Source of the DNA: Gammaproteobacteria bacterium
GTDB taxonomy: Bacteria; Pseudomonadota; Gammaproteobacteria; Arenicellales; JAANXG01
Length of the DNA: 64,000 nt
NCBI GenBank assembly: GCA_024639325.1
Contig: JAHEIO010000004.1
Coordinates: forward strand, 8,801-72,800
Reading direction: 5' to 3'
The position numbers and the translations under genes were made by a program. The stretch's first letter is position 1. The number at the start of each line of letters is the position of its first letter. The notes below the pieces were generated by a model. The model did not search any database and had not been told where the DNA came from. It was given only the letters and a program-made list of their open reading frames with translations. This document shows positions 29,870 to 40,651 of this stretch, in pieces.

Positions 29870-29886
29870 TGCATTACAATAGTGCA
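29870..29886. promoter_or_regulatory. NtrC binding site (proximal) upstream of glnA
   Basis: TGCATTACAATAGTGCA. Its centre is 33 bp from the distal site, about 3 helical turns. Confidence 0.6.
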
Positions 29887-29947
29887 ATCGCGGCCCGCTC
29901 GATCCTTCACAACGCCCGTATCCCGCTATTCCCGCGGTCAACATGTC

Positions 29948-29963
29948 TGGCATGAAAACTGCT
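29948..29963 (+). promoter_or_regulatory. Sigma-54 (-24/-12) promoter of glnA
   Basis: TGGCATGAAAACTGCT compared with the consensus TGGCAC-N5-TTGCW. The GG and GC are 12 nt apart, about 64 nt upstream of the glnA ATG. Confidence 0.7.
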
Positions 29964-30026
29964 AGTTAGCGCATTGCACCAATTCACGTATTGCTCAAAC
30001 ACTTTAGATTCAACGAGGAAAATCAA

Positions 30027-31436
30027 ATGTCAGCTTCTGACGTACTCAAGATGATTAAGGACGAAAAGATTCAATTCGTCGACTATCGCTTCACCGACAC
30101 GAAAGGAAAAGAACAGCATGTCTCCGTGCCGGCCGGTGTGGTTGACGAATCAACGTTCGATGACGGCAAGATGTTCGACGGTTCGTCCATTGCTGGCTGG
30201 AAAGGCATCAACGAATCGGACATGATCCTGATGCCGGACAGCAAATCCGCCGTGATCGACCCGTTCATGCAGGACCGTACCCTGATCTTGCGCTGCGACG
30301 TTATCGAACCCGCCACCATGCAGGGCTATGAAAGGGACCCGAGATCCATCGCAAAGCGGGCTGAAGCGTACCTGAAATCAACCGGGATTGCCGATACCGC
30401 GTATTTCGGCCCCGAGGCCGAGTTCTTCGTATTCGACGACGTGCGCTGGAACGTTGATATGAGCGGCGCTTTCTACGAAATCGATTCCAGTGAATCATCC
30501 TGGAATACCGGGAAATTCTATGAGGAAGGCAACCTGGGACACCGGCCCGGCGTCAAGGGTGGTTATTTTCCGGTCCCGCCGGTGGATTCACTGCAGGATA
30601 TCCGCTCGGCGATGTGTCTGGCGATGGCTGAAATGGGTCTCGACATCGAAGTCCACCACCATGAGGTGGGTACCGCCGGGCAGTGTGAAATCGGCATGGT
30701 GTTCAATGACCTGGTCCGCAAAGCGGATGAACTGCAGATCTATAAGTACTGCGTGCACAACGTTGCTCATCAGCACGGCAAGTCGGGCACCTTCATGCCC
30801 AAGCCGCTGGTTGGAGATAATGGCAGTGGCATGCACGTTCATCAGTCTCTTTTCAAGGACGGAGACAACATATTCTCCGGTGACGAGTACGGCGGCCTGA
30901 GTGAAACCGCCTTGTACTACATTGGCGGGATCTTCAAGCATGCCCGCGCGATCAATGCGTTCACGAACTCCACGACGAACAGCTACAAACGACTCGTGCC
31001 CGGCTTCGAAGCGCCCGTTCTGCTTGCCTATTCGGCACGCAACCGATCTGCTTCCTGCCGTATACCCCATGTCGCCAACCCCAAGGCAAGGCGGGTGGAG
31101 ATTCGATTCCCCGATTCGGCGGGTAATCCTTATTTCACGTTCGTAGTGATGCTGATGGCGGGGCTTGACGGCATCCTGAACAAGACTCATCCAGGAGAAT
31201 CCTACGACAAGGACCTTTATGATCTGCCACCGGAAGAAGAAGCCAGGGTCCCGACCGTCGCCCACTCGCTGGATGTCGCGCTGGAGGCTCTGGATAAGGA
31301 CCGGGAATTCCTCAAAGCCGGTGGTGTGTTCGTTGACGATACCCTCGATGCCTATATCGAGCTCAAGATGGCAGAGGTGACAAATCTGAGAATGTCGTCC
31401 CACCCGATCGAGTTCGATATGTACTACAGCAGCTGA
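30027..31436 (+). CDS. glnA: Glutamine synthetase type I
   Basis: The protein starts [24 protein letters not shown]. It carries the adenylylation-region NLYDLPPEE-like [10 protein letters not shown]. The ATG at 30027 has an upstream GAGGAAAA. Confidence 0.97.
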   Translation: MSASDVLKMIKDEKIQFVDYRFTDTKGKEQHVSVPAGVVDESTFDDGKMFDGSSIAGWKGINESDMILMPDSKSAVIDPFMQDRTLILRCDVIEPATMQGYERDPRSIAKRAEAYLKSTGIADTAYFGPEAEFFVFDDVRWNVDMSGAFYEIDSSESSWNTGKFYEEGNLGHRPGVKGGYFPVPPVDSLQDIRSAMCLAMAEMGLDIEVHHHEVGTAGQCEIGMVFNDLVRKADELQIYKYCVHNVAHQHGKSGTFMPKPLVGDNGSGMHVHQSLFKDGDNIFSGDEYGGLSETALYYIGGIFKHARAINAFTNSTTNSYKRLVPGFEAPVLLAYSARNRSASCRIPHVANPKARRVEIRFPDSAGNPYFTFVVMLMAGLDGILNKTHPGESYDKDLYDLPPEEEARVPTVAHSLDVALEALDKDREFLKAGGVFVDDTLDAYIELKMAEVTNLRMSSHPIEFDMYYSS

Positions 31437-31453
31437 CAGGCGCAACCGCTCTC

Positions 31454-31472
31454 GCCCCCTCGTTGAGGGGGC
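31454..31472 (+). terminator. GC hairpin after glnA (partial terminator/attenuator before ntrBC)
   Basis: GCCCCCTC-GTT-GAGGGGGC with no clear T tract after it. Confidence 0.45.
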
Positions 31473-31486
31473 GCTGTAACCGTATT

Positions 31487-31503
31487 TGCACTAAAATGGT
31501 GCG
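31487..31503. promoter_or_regulatory. NtrC binding site in the glnA-ntrB intergenic region
   Basis: TGCACTAAAATGGTGCG is a near-consensus TGCACC-N5-GGTGCA, 30 nt upstream of the ntrB ATG. Confidence 0.65.
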
Positions 31504-31532
31504 CTGATAGTGTCGACCGTAACTGTGCAGTA

Positions 31533-32609
31533 ATGGAGTCCGAACAAGAGGCGCGAACGATCCTGGATCGTCTCAACACCGCGGTATTGACCTGCGATGA
31601 TCAGATCAGGGTACTGACCATGAACCCGGCCGGTGAGTCGATGTTCGGCATCAGCGCCAAACAAGCGTATCACCGGCCCTTGTCGGCGCTAGTACTCGTT
31701 GAATCCGGTGCACTACTCCGGCCGGTGGACAAAGCGCGTTCCATGCAGCAGCCAGTGACGGCGCATGATGTCTCCCTGACCCTGTCTTCCGACCGCAGCA
31801 TCACGGTCGACTGCACCGCAACGCCGCTGGCGACAACGCAGGGGGAGCATGTACTAATCGAACTGTTTCAAGTCGACGGTTTTCTGGATATCGCGAAGAA
31901 CCGCTACCGCGAAGATCAGTACGACGCCAGCCGCGATGTCCTTCGCGGCCTCGCGCACGAGATCAAAAATCCTCTGGGCGGCCTGCGCGGCGCGGCACAA
32001 CTGCTGGAACGCGAACTCTCGGACCGGGGAAACAAGGAATACACCCGCATCATCATCCACGAGGCGGATCGGCTGCGAAACCTGGTGGACCGGATGATGA
32101 GTTCTTTCAATCCAGTTAGCCACAAATCGGTCAACGTCCACGAAGTGCTGGCCCATATTCGCAAACTGATCCTGGCCGAGATCCAGGAGGGCCTGACGAT
32201 TATCCAAGACTACGACCCCAGTCTGCCGGAGCTGCGGGGGGACCGGGATCAGCTGGTTCAGGCCTTGCTCAATATTACCCGCAACTCGGTTGAAGCGATG
32301 GGAGACCGTGGCGAGATTACTTTCCGCACGCGGATCGAGCGATCGGTATATTCCGGAAATCGATGGCATCGATGCGTCCTCAAAGTGGAAATCGAAGATC
32401 GTGGGCCCGGCATTCCGGCGCACATGCAGGAGCGCGTTTTCTACCCAATGGTGAGCGGCCGTGCGGACGGTTCGGGGCTGGGTTTGACCATTGCACAGGA
32501 TATCATCAGCAAGCACGGCGGAACCATCCAGCTCCACAGCGAACCCGGCCACACTCGATTCGTGCTGCTGCTTCCATTCCAATCAAAGGACCCACAGTAT
32601 GCCGGCTAA
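31533..32609 (+). CDS. glnL: Nitrogen regulation sensor histidine kinase NtrB
   Basis: Has an N-terminal PAS domain, an H-box LAHEIKNPLGG, and N/G boxes (ITRNSVEAM, DRGPGIP, GSGLGL). Confidence 0.9.
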   Translation: MESEQEARTILDRLNTAVLTCDDQIRVLTMNPAGESMFGISAKQAYHRPLSALVLVESGALLRPVDKARSMQQPVTAHDVSLTLSSDRSITVDCTATPLATTQGEHVLIELFQVDGFLDIAKNRYREDQYDASRDVLRGLAHEIKNPLGGLRGAAQLLERELSDRGNKEYTRIIIHEADRLRNLVDRMMSSFNPVSHKSVNVHEVLAHIRKLILAEIQEGLTIIQDYDPSLPELRGDRDQLVQALLNITRNSVEAMGDRGEITFRTRIERSVYSGNRWHRCVLKVEIEDRGPGIPAHMQERVFYPMVSGRADGSGLGLTIAQDIISKHGGTIQLHSEPGHTRFVLLLPFQSKDPQYAG

Positions 32610-33984
32610 AGTCTGGATCGTGGACGATGACGCGTCGATTCGCTGGGTGCTGAAAAAGGCATGCGAACAGTCCGAAATCAAGGCCGAGGTATTCCAAGAT
32701 GGCAACCAGATAGAAGACCGTCTGTTGGACACGCAGCCGGATGCGATCATCACCGACATCCGCATGCCGGGTATCGATGGCCTGGAGCTTCTAAATAGAA
32801 TCCGGGACCGAGTGCCGGACCTGCCCGTCATCGTGATGACCGCTCATACGGACCTTGACAGCGCACTCGCTTCCTACCAGGGCGGGGCATTCGAGTATCT
32901 GCCCAAGCCATTTGACGTCGACGATGCCATCACCACGATTAGAAGGGCGATGGCATTCAGGGAACAGCAAGTCCACGACGACGACGATTCGCCTCCTCCC
33001 GCGGAAATCGTCGGCGAGGCGCCCGCGATGCAGGAAGTATTCCGTGCTGTAGGCAGACTGGCCAATTCGCACATCAATGTGCTTATCTGGGGAGAATCCG
33101 GGACTGGTAAGGAACTGGTCGCCCAAGCACTTCATCGCCACAGCCCCCGCTCGAACAAACCCTTTATTGCCATCAATACGGCGGCCATCCCAGCACAATT
33201 GCTAGAATCAGAGTTGTTCGGGCACGAAAAAGGGGCATTTACCGGCGCGATCAAACAGCACAGCGGGCGCTTCGAACAGGCCCATGAAGGCACCTTGTTT
33301 TTGGACGAGATCGGTGACATGCCATCCGAACTCCAAACACGCCTGCTCCGGGTACTTTCGGACAAACAGTTCTATCGTGTCGGCGGCCGTGAGCAGATCC
33401 AGGTTGACGTACGCATCATCGCGGCTACCAACCAGGATCTGGTAAAGCGCGTTGCCGAAGGGCGTTTCAGGGAGGATCTTTTTCACCGGCTGAATGTCAT
33501 TCACATTGCATTGCCGCCGCTGCGTGACCGTGTCCGGGACATTCCCCTGCTGGCCGAACACTTTCTGGAAAAAACGGCCGGGGAACTCGACGCGGAACGG
33601 AAACGCCTGACTCCGGACGCGATAAACGCACTATGTCATTTTCAATGGCCCGGCAACGTGCGCCAGCTCGAGAACGTGTGCCGGTGGATCACCGTCATGG
33701 CATCCGGGCAGATCGTGAATTATGATCAGTTGCCGGCTGAGATCAGAGCGGTAACGTTTGACGACGAAGAAGACTCCTGGCAGCGTCAACTGCGTAAATT
33801 GGCCGATCAGAAACTGCGTCGCAACGAAACCAATCTGGTCACCGATCTCGGACGTAGTTTCGAGCGGACATTGCTGGCCGCCGCCATCGAACACACCGGC
33901 GGGCACAAGCAGGAAGCCGCGAAGCGTCTTGGTTGGGGCCGGAACACGCTGGCGCGAAAGCTCAAGGAACTGGGGCTGGACTAA
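32599..33984 (+). CDS. glnG: Nitrogen regulation response regulator NtrC (sigma-54 activator)
   Basis: Starts MPAKVWIVDDDASIRWVL (REC). Has AAA+ GESGTGKE and the GAFTGA motif, plus a C-terminal Fis-type HTH. The ATG at 32599 overlaps the ntrB stop by 11 nt. Confidence 0.93.
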   Translation: MPAKVWIVDDDASIRWVLKKACEQSEIKAEVFQDGNQIEDRLLDTQPDAIITDIRMPGIDGLELLNRIRDRVPDLPVIVMTAHTDLDSALASYQGGAFEYLPKPFDVDDAITTIRRAMAFREQQVHDDDDSPPPAEIVGEAPAMQEVFRAVGRLANSHINVLIWGESGTGKELVAQALHRHSPRSNKPFIAINTAAIPAQLLESELFGHEKGAFTGAIKQHSGRFEQAHEGTLFLDEIGDMPSELQTRLLRVLSDKQFYRVGGREQIQVDVRIIAATNQDLVKRVAEGRFREDLFHRLNVIHIALPPLRDRVRDIPLLAEHFLEKTAGELDAERKRLTPDAINALCHFQWPGNVRQLENVCRWITVMASGQIVNYDQLPAEIRAVTFDDEEDSWQRQLRKLADQKLRRNETNLVTDLGRSFERTLLAAAIEHTGGHKQEAAKRLGWGRNTLARKLKELGLD

Positions 33985-34154
33985 CCCGCATATTGCACCA
34001 GTACGGTCGCTATTGTTTTAGATCTTATTGATCTAGCTATTGAATATGCCAAATTCAAAACGCTCGTCAGGCACACAGTTCGCAAAGGACGCCGACCTCT
34101 CCCGGCGCTGACTTGTCCATCTGTGCCTGAGCTTGGTCTTCACTCGGACCGTAG

Positions 34155-35354
34155 CTATGGCTTGGCGCAGATTTCCTTCAACTGCCTCAGTACACCGGGT
34201 TTGTCTAGGGCCACCAAGACCTCCCAGGCCCTTGAATTGCAGTGCAGCTCGAAAGGCATTTCGAGCGGGGCCCAGTGATAATCGACTTTGTTAGCGTCGG
34301 GCGTCACGTCGGCCAGGAGTATTTCCGCGATTGGCCGGTCGACGATCAGGTCGGCGTGCGCCAGCCCCTGGCCCGAGATCAGAGTTCGGATCCCGTCGTC
34401 TTCAAAGTCTTCCTTGATGTGGATGTGCCCCGCAACGACCGTGTCTGCTCCCAAGCGTTTCAGCTCCCCGCGTAGGAAACCGTACTCCAGGCCCGGAATA
34501 CTGTGGCTCTCCTCCTGTCTCGGGTCTTTCAACGGTTTGTGTGTAAACACCACCACGTCTTTTATATGCTCCCCGCGTTCCAGAGCGCCAAGAAACTCAC
34601 CTCTTGCGCCACCGCCCGGAGGAATGAACCCGGCGGCCGTGTCGATATTGACGAACATCACGCCGCCCAACTCGAACGACGCATTCCTCGGTCCGACATG
34701 CTGTCTGAACAGCTTGTGGATGGAGTTGAAGCCCTCGTAGAAATCGTGGTTGCCGATGGCGACGTAGGTTGGGATCCCGGCTGCGTCGAGCGCGGCCACC
34801 GTTCCCAGGTAGTCACCCTTGCCGTAGTTGAAATCTCCCAGGTGCAGGACAAAGTCGGCGCCAAGTGCATCGGCTCGCGCGAGAACCCAGCGCAGCTCAC
34901 TGCCACCGCCGGTATCGCCGATAGCGGCGAAGCGATAACGTTCCCTTTTGGGGAAGTGAAAGCGGAAACTCGATTCGGCGGCCGTACCGCTTACCGTCCT
35001 CGCCAGATTGCTTTTAGTCTCAACCAGATCCGAAGTACCGCTCGAGAGTATCGCTTCCGGATGTAAGTTGCGTACCTCGACCTGCCATTCACCCTCTGCG
35101 GAGCCCTGCACGGTGATGTCCGGCTCGGGTGCGAATGCGCGAAAAACGAAACGATCGCCGTCACGGCCCTGGAATACCGCTCCTCTGGCGCTCGCCCGGA
35201 ACATACTCCCCGCCGCATCCCCGCTGTCGACAGGCGCCTCTTCGGGTGTGAACTGAGGGGGCGGATAGCGTAAAACCGCCTGGCCGGCCGGGGTTAAAAC
35301 CCCGATGATCGCGCCGCCCACCAGAACCAGGATGCTTCTGCGTGACAGCTTCAT
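34155..35354 (-). CDS. Secreted calcineurin-like metallophosphoesterase
   Basis: Signal peptide [26 protein letters not shown] (possibly Tat-like). Phosphoesterase motifs [19 protein letters not shown] and GHIH. Confidence 0.75.
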   Translation of the reverse strand: MKLSRRSILVLVGGAIIGVLTPAGQAVLRYPPPQFTPEEAPVDSGDAAGSMFRASARGAVFQGRDGDRFVFRAFAPEPDITVQGSAEGEWQVEVRNLHPEAILSSGTSDLVETKSNLARTVSGTAAESSFRFHFPKRERYRFAAIGDTGGGSELRWVLARADALGADFVLHLGDFNYGKGDYLGTVAALDAAGIPTYVAIGNHDFYEGFNSIHKLFRQHVGPRNASFELGGVMFVNIDTAAGFIPPGGGARGEFLGALERGEHIKDVVVFTHKPLKDPRQEESHSIPGLEYGFLRGELKRLGADTVVAGHIHIKEDFEDDGIRTLISGQGLAHADLIVDRPIAEILLADVTPDANKVDYHWAPLEMPFELHCNSRAWEVLVALDKPGVLRQLKEICAKP

Positions 35355-36190
35355 CGCGTCGAAATTTGCCTAGTCGCATCAGCCACAACCGCAGCCGCTT
35401 GCGTAATGGACGTGGCGGCAAGTGACCTGAAGTCGAACAGTCCGGGATCCATGAGGTGACTGGGGGTGACCCTGGCCAGTGCCTGAAAAATTATTTCCTT
35501 TCTCCCCGGTGTGTTTTTTTCCCACTCGTTCAACATCGCCTTGATCGCCTGGCGCTGCAGTTTGTCCTGGGAACCGCAGAGGTTGCAGGGGATAACCGGG
35601 AATTGCCTGGCTCGGGCGTATCGCTCAATGTCGTTTTCTGCGCAGTATGACAGTGGGCGGATCACCACATGCCGTCCGTCATCCGAGCGCAGCTTGGCCG
35701 GCATGGCTTTTAATCTACCTCCGAACATCAGATTCAGAAAAAACGTCTCCAGAATATCCTCGCGGTGATGACCCAGTGCAATTTTGGTTGCCCCGATCTC
35801 CATCGCGACCCGATACAGTATACCCCGGCGCAGCCGCGAACAAAGAGAACACATCGTTTTGCCCGTTGGGATCTTGTCTTTGACGATGCTATAGGTGTCT
35901 TCCTCGACTATCTTGAAATCCACGCCGATCGACTTTAGGTACTCAGGCAACGTGCGAGCCGGGAATCCCGGCTGTTTCTGATCGAGATTGACGGCAATGA
36001 GTTCAAACGATACGGGCGCGCGGGCTTGCAATGCGCGCAGGAGCTCCAGCAGGGTGTAGGAATCCTTGCCGCCGCTCAAACATACCATGACCACATCCGA
36101 TTCCTCTATCATGCGGAAAGTTTCGATCGCCTTACCGGTCATTCTCTGCAACCGGCGCTCTAACCTTTTGAAATTTGTGGAATTTTTCAT
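35351..36190 (-). CDS. ttcA: tRNA 2-thiocytidine(32) synthetase
   Basis: PP-loop CLSGGKDS and Cys motifs [10 protein letters not shown] and CNLCGSQ. I chose the ATG at 36190 ([11 protein letters not shown]). Confidence 0.88.
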   Translation of the reverse strand: MKNSTNFKRLERRLQRMTGKAIETFRMIEESDVVMVCLSGGKDSYTLLELLRALQARAPVSFELIAVNLDQKQPGFPARTLPEYLKSIGVDFKIVEEDTYSIVKDKIPTGKTMCSLCSRLRRGILYRVAMEIGATKIALGHHREDILETFFLNLMFGGRLKAMPAKLRSDDGRHVVIRPLSYCAENDIERYARARQFPVIPCNLCGSQDKLQRQAIKAMLNEWEKNTPGRKEIIFQALARVTPSHLMDPGLFDFRSLAATSITQAAAVVADATRQISTR

Positions 36191-36348
36191 ACCGTCGAAA
36201 TTTCGTCGTAGGGTCTGGGCGTTCACATCCGGGGATGGAACACGCCCCCGGCGGGAATCCGCAGTCGTTACCAATACAATGATAAATCCTATTCCTGCTA
36301 GAATGACTCGATTTGAATTAATAACATTTTAAACGGGAGCCAACACTC

Positions 36349-37524
36349 ATGTCGCGCAGCCATTTATTCACCTCGGAATCCGTGTCCGAGGGGCATCCGG
36401 ACAAGGTCGCAGACCAGATATCAGATGCTATCCTAGACGCTCTGCTGGATGGAGACCCGTTATCACGGGTCGCGTGCGAGACCTTGATCAACACCGGAAT
36501 GGTTGTCCTCTGCGGAGAAATCACATCTAAAACGAACGCGGACTATACCGAAGTTGTGCGGAAAACTGTAAATGAAATCGGCTACAACTCTTCCAATATG
36601 GGATTCGATGCAAACTCCTGCGCGGTCATCGTCTCCCTCGACAAGCAGTCCGCTGATATTGCCCAGGGCGTGAACGAGGGCGAGGGGCTGGACCTGGATC
36701 AGGGCGCGGGAGACCAGGGCCTCATGTTTGGCTACGCCTGCAATGAAACCGACAGCCTGATGCCGTTCCCCATCGACTATGCACACCGGCTGGTAAAACA
36801 ACAATCCGTCGTCAGAAAATCGGGCAAGCTGTGGTGGCTGCGCCCCGACGCAAAGTCTCAGCTCACCGTTCGCTACGAGGACGGCAAACCGGTCGCGGTG
36901 GATACCGTTGTGCTGTCCACTCAGCACACGCCTGATATTGAGCACAAGGACCTGGCCGAGGCCGTGATCGAGGAGATCATCAAGCCGGTGCTTCCATCAG
37001 GCATGGTCGGCAGCGAGACGAAATACCTGGTAAATCCCACCGGCCGATTCGTGGTTGGCGGACCGGTGGGCGATTGCGGTTTAACCGGGCGGAAGATCAT
37101 CGTCGATACCTACGGCGGCGCCGCGCATCACGGCGGCGGTGCGTTCTCCGGCAAAGATCCTTCAAAAGTCGATCGTTCCGCCGCATACGCCCTCAGGCAC
37201 GTTGCAAAGAATGTGGTTGCCGCCGGACTGGCCGATCGATGCGAGGTGCAGGTGGCTTACGCGATCGGGGTAGCACAACCGGTATCCCTGACGGTGAATA
37301 CATTCGGAACCGCCGCGTTGCCGGAGGAACAAATCGAAATCCTGATTCGCGAGCACTTCGACCTTCGCCCCAAGGCGATCATTCAGGAGCTCGATCTTCT
37401 GCGCCCGATTTACAGAAGCACCGCGGCCTATGGTCATTTTGGACGATCTGATCCTGAATTTACCTGGGAATATACCGACAAGGCCCAGGCATTGAGCGAC
37501 GCGGCGGGCATAAAAGTGGCCTGA
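36349..37524 (+). CDS. metK: S-adenosylmethionine synthetase
   Basis: Contains [36 protein letters not shown] and [16 protein letters not shown]. Confidence 0.97.
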   Translation: MSRSHLFTSESVSEGHPDKVADQISDAILDALLDGDPLSRVACETLINTGMVVLCGEITSKTNADYTEVVRKTVNEIGYNSSNMGFDANSCAVIVSLDKQSADIAQGVNEGEGLDLDQGAGDQGLMFGYACNETDSLMPFPIDYAHRLVKQQSVVRKSGKLWWLRPDAKSQLTVRYEDGKPVAVDTVVLSTQHTPDIEHKDLAEAVIEEIIKPVLPSGMVGSETKYLVNPTGRFVVGGPVGDCGLTGRKIIVDTYGGAAHHGGGAFSGKDPSKVDRSAAYALRHVAKNVVAAGLADRCEVQVAYAIGVAQPVSLTVNTFGTAALPEEQIEILIREHFDLRPKAIIQELDLLRPIYRSTAAYGHFGRSDPEFTWEYTDKAQALSDAAGIKVA

Positions 37525-38035
37525 TCCTGCCGCGGCGGCGAGTCAAATCACACGTAACCATGGGGCCGCCGCCTGAACAGCGGAACGAACCTTGCTCTGG
37601 ACCGCAAGAACTCCTTGCTTGCATTGAAATGGTTGAGATTTCCGACCCGTGCGGGGCGCCGAAATTTCGCAACGTGATCCATCGGCCTGACACACAAAGC
37701 AGACCGTAAACTGTAATATGTGCTTCGACAGTATCCGGTGTTCGCATCCCCCGTCGCTACCTGTGCCAGTGCGTCTTGTTTCCACAGTTCTCTCCTGGGA
37801 GTCTTCCATCTCTCCCTGAAGCTCTCATTTGCACCTTGTGTCAACCAGTACCGTCTTGGTTCAGCTCGACTTCTATCCGCTACGGCCGCTCCCTGACAGC
37901 AATCGCTGGTACTACAGTTCATATATACAAACAGGGGGCGGGCCGGTAACGGTTTGTTACAATTACCATTCGAATTTTCGCGAATTTTTCGTAAGCAGGG
38001 GCCGGATGCCCTTCATTGAATCGCGCACCAAAACC

Positions 38036-39415
38036 ATGCGTATCAGCGTACTGATCATCACACTGTCACTATGCCTCGTCGCCTGCAAAGCGACGGTGCC
38101 CACGGAGCCGGAGGTCGACAGCCCCGTGGCCGTCCCGGATTCCTGGAACTCCGGCAACGACGGCGCGGTCATGCCCTGGTCAACCGACGTGGAGGACCCT
38201 CGACTTCGCAGCCTTATTACCCAGGCCCTGCAGCAAAACTTCGATCTGCAGGCCGTCGTTTCACGAGTCGACGCTGCGCGTGCACGGTCCCGCATCGTCG
38301 GCGCCGACTTGGTCCCCCAGCTCGACATCGAATACCGAGGTTCCCGCACCAAGCGCGAAGAAACCAATGGCGCCGGTGCGCTCGAGAATCCGCTGACCAG
38401 ACAGAGTCTCGGCGTGGAGCTGGCCTGGGAGTTGGATGTCTGGAGCCGACTCCGCGCCTCGTCCCGCGCCGCCGTTGCAGACTACCAGGCGGCGGAAAAA
38501 GACCTGGCCGCGGCCAGGCTGCTGCTGGCTGCGAACATCGCAAGGGCGTGGTTCGATGCCGTGGAATCGGATCAGCAGGTGATGCTGGCCGAGAACACGC
38601 TGAAAAGCTTTCGCAGCAGCCTGAATATCATCGAACAGCGGTTTCAGCGCGGCATCGGTTCCGCACTCGATGTCCGGCTGGCGCGCGGCAATGTCGCGAC
38701 CGCGGAGGCGAATCTTTATCTGACTCAAGGCGGCAGGGACGCGGCGATTCGAAACCTCAAGGTGCTGGCCGGCACTTATCCCGATACGGCCATCGCGCTG
38801 GCGGAGCGCCTGCCTCAGTTCACCAGCCGCGTACCCGCCGGACTGCCTTCCGAACTTTTGCTGCGCCGCCCGGACCTGAGTGCGGACCGCTGGAGGGTTC
38901 TGGCCAACAGCGAGCTGGTCAAATCCTCGAAGAAGCAGCTTTTTCCCCGGTTCGTGCTGACCGGCAGCGCCGGTACCGCCAGCGGCACCCTGGTCGATCT
39001 GCTGGAATGGGACCGGCTGATATGGAACCTGGCGGGTAGTATCATACAGCCCATCTTTCAGGGCGGACGGATCCGGGCAAACATCGACCTGGCGACAGCA
39101 AATGAAAACGAGGCACTGGCACTTTATGCGCAGACGGTACTGGACGCATTCAAGGAGGTTGAAAGCGCTCTCGCGTCGGAGCACTTCTTGACTTTGCAGG
39201 AACGCGCGCTGCTGTCATCTGTCAAAGAACAGAAGGCGGCGCTGCAGTTGGCTCAGCAGCAGTACGAGGGTGGGCTTGTCGGCATTATTACGCTGCTCGA
39301 AACGCAGCGTCGTGCGTTCAATGCAGAAAGCGCCTGGTTGAACACCCTCAACCGGAAGCTGCAGAACCGCATCAACCTCCATTTGGCGCTTGGCGGCGAC
39401 TTCTACAGTCTCTGA
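38036..39415 (+). CDS. RND efflux outer-membrane lipoprotein (NodT/OprM family)
   Basis: Starts MRISVLIITLSLCLVAC (lipobox L-V-A-C) and has two OEP repeats. The alternative start at 38006 is also possible; the ORF-track start at 37829 is unlikely. Confidence 0.85.
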   Translation: MRISVLIITLSLCLVACKATVPTEPEVDSPVAVPDSWNSGNDGAVMPWSTDVEDPRLRSLITQALQQNFDLQAVVSRVDAARARSRIVGADLVPQLDIEYRGSRTKREETNGAGALENPLTRQSLGVELAWELDVWSRLRASSRAAVADYQAAEKDLAAARLLLAANIARAWFDAVESDQQVMLAENTLKSFRSSLNIIEQRFQRGIGSALDVRLARGNVATAEANLYLTQGGRDAAIRNLKVLAGTYPDTAIALAERLPQFTSRVPAGLPSELLLRRPDLSADRWRVLANSELVKSSKKQLFPRFVLTGSAGTASGTLVDLLEWDRLIWNLAGSIIQPIFQGGRIRANIDLATANENEALALYAQTVLDAFKEVESALASEHFLTLQERALLSSVKEQKAALQLAQQQYEGGLVGIITLLETQRRAFNAESAWLNTLNRKLQNRINLHLALGGDFYSL

Positions 39416-39457
39416 ACCGGAAAACTGACGGCCGACCACGGAAGCGGACCTCATACA

Positions 39458-40651
39458 ATGCGAAAGATTTTCAGATTGATTATTCCCGTTACGGTGCTGG
39501 CCGTATGCCTGGCGGTAGGCATCACCCTGATACGCACCGCCCCCAAGGCGGAGCGCCGCCAGCCCCCGCGATCGTTGCCTGCCGTGGAAGTCATGACGGT
39601 ATACCCGACAAACTTCCCGGTAATTGTCAAAAGCCAGGGAACCGTTACGCCACGTACCGAGAGCACGCTGATTCCTGAAATCAGCGGGCAGATCGTAAGG
39701 ATATCGGAGAATTTTCAAACCGGCGGCTTTTTCGAAGCGGGGGAAATTCTGCTGGAGATCGATCCCCGTGACTACGAGAACAACGTGGTGGTAGCACGGG
39801 CTGACCTCGCGCAGGCAAAGGCCGCGCTCGATGAGGAGAAGGCGCGCGCCGCCCAGGCTTCCAGGGACTGGAAAATACTCAACCTGTCCGAAGAGCCCAA
39901 TGATCTGGCGCTGCGAAAACCGCAGCTCAACAGTGCCCAGGCCGCCGTAGCGGCGGCAAGCGCCCGCCTGGAGCAGGCCAATATCAATCTTGAGCGGGCG
40001 AAAATACGCGCGCCTTATGCGGGGCTGGTTCTGGAGAAACGGGTCGACATCGGCCAGTTCGTGTCACCGAGCAATGTCCTGGCCAGGATCTATGCAGTCG
40101 ATCTGGCGGAGATCCAGCTGCCGCTCACCAACGATCAGCTGGCATTCGTCAACATGCCCGAAGTCTACCGCGAAGATTCCGGATCCGCCGTGAAAGAGCA
40201 ATTCCCCGCGGTTTATCTAACTGCAACAGTTGGCAGCCATACCCATCAATGGCAAGGCCGGATCGTGCGCACGGTAGGGGCCATCGACACTCAAAGTCAG
40301 CAGATTTTTATCATCGCGCAGGTCGACGATCCTTATGGCCGGCACCACGGTCTGCCGCTTAAGGTCGGTCAGTTCGTAGAGGCCAGGATCACCGGTCGCG
40401 TATTGACCGATATATTCAATCTGCCGCGTGTCGCGGTCAGGAGAAACAACGAGGTGCTGGTCGTGGGTCAGGACAACATCGTCGAGCGTAGACAGGTCGG
40501 GGTGGCTTGGACTGAAGACGATCGAGTGATCGTCAATTCCGGCCTGAGCCAAGGAGAAAGGATCTCGCTGACGCCGCTACCCTATGCCGTATCGGGAACC
40601 CAAGTCCAGGTCTCCGAATCCGCCGGACAGGCGCCGGCCGGCCGATCGTGA
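39458..40651 (+). CDS. RND efflux periplasmic adaptor (membrane fusion protein, HlyD family)
   Basis: N-terminal anchor, a coiled-coil hairpin (ADLAQAKAALDEEKARAAQ...AAVAAASARLEQANINLERAKIRAPYAG) and 4-nt coupling to the pump gene. Confidence 0.85.
   Translation: MRKIFRLIIPVTVLAVCLAVGITLIRTAPKAERRQPPRSLPAVEVMTVYPTNFPVIVKSQGTVTPRTESTLIPEISGQIVRISENFQTGGFFEAGEILLEIDPRDYENNVVVARADLAQAKAALDEEKARAAQASRDWKILNLSEEPNDLALRKPQLNSAQAAVAAASARLEQANINLERAKIRAPYAGLVLEKRVDIGQFVSPSNVLARIYAVDLAEIQLPLTNDQLAFVNMPEVYREDSGSAVKEQFPAVYLTATVGSHTHQWQGRIVRTVGAIDTQSQQIFIIAQVDDPYGRHHGLPLKVGQFVEARITGRVLTDIFNLPRVAVRRNNEVLVVGQDNIVERRQVGVAWTEDDRVIVNSGLSQGERISLTPLPYAVSGTQVQVSESAGQAPAGRS

Noticed and set aside
37540-37960. 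RNase P RNA, 6S RNA, tmRNA or a tRNA in the long metK-efflux gap
   Set aside because: None of the conserved signatures I know is present on either strand. I checked for the RNase P GAGGAAAGTCCGGGC and ACAGAACCCGGCTTA boxes, a tRNA cloverleaf with a GTTCGAATC-like T-arm, and the tmRNA tag ORF. The region is kept only as an unexplained gap.
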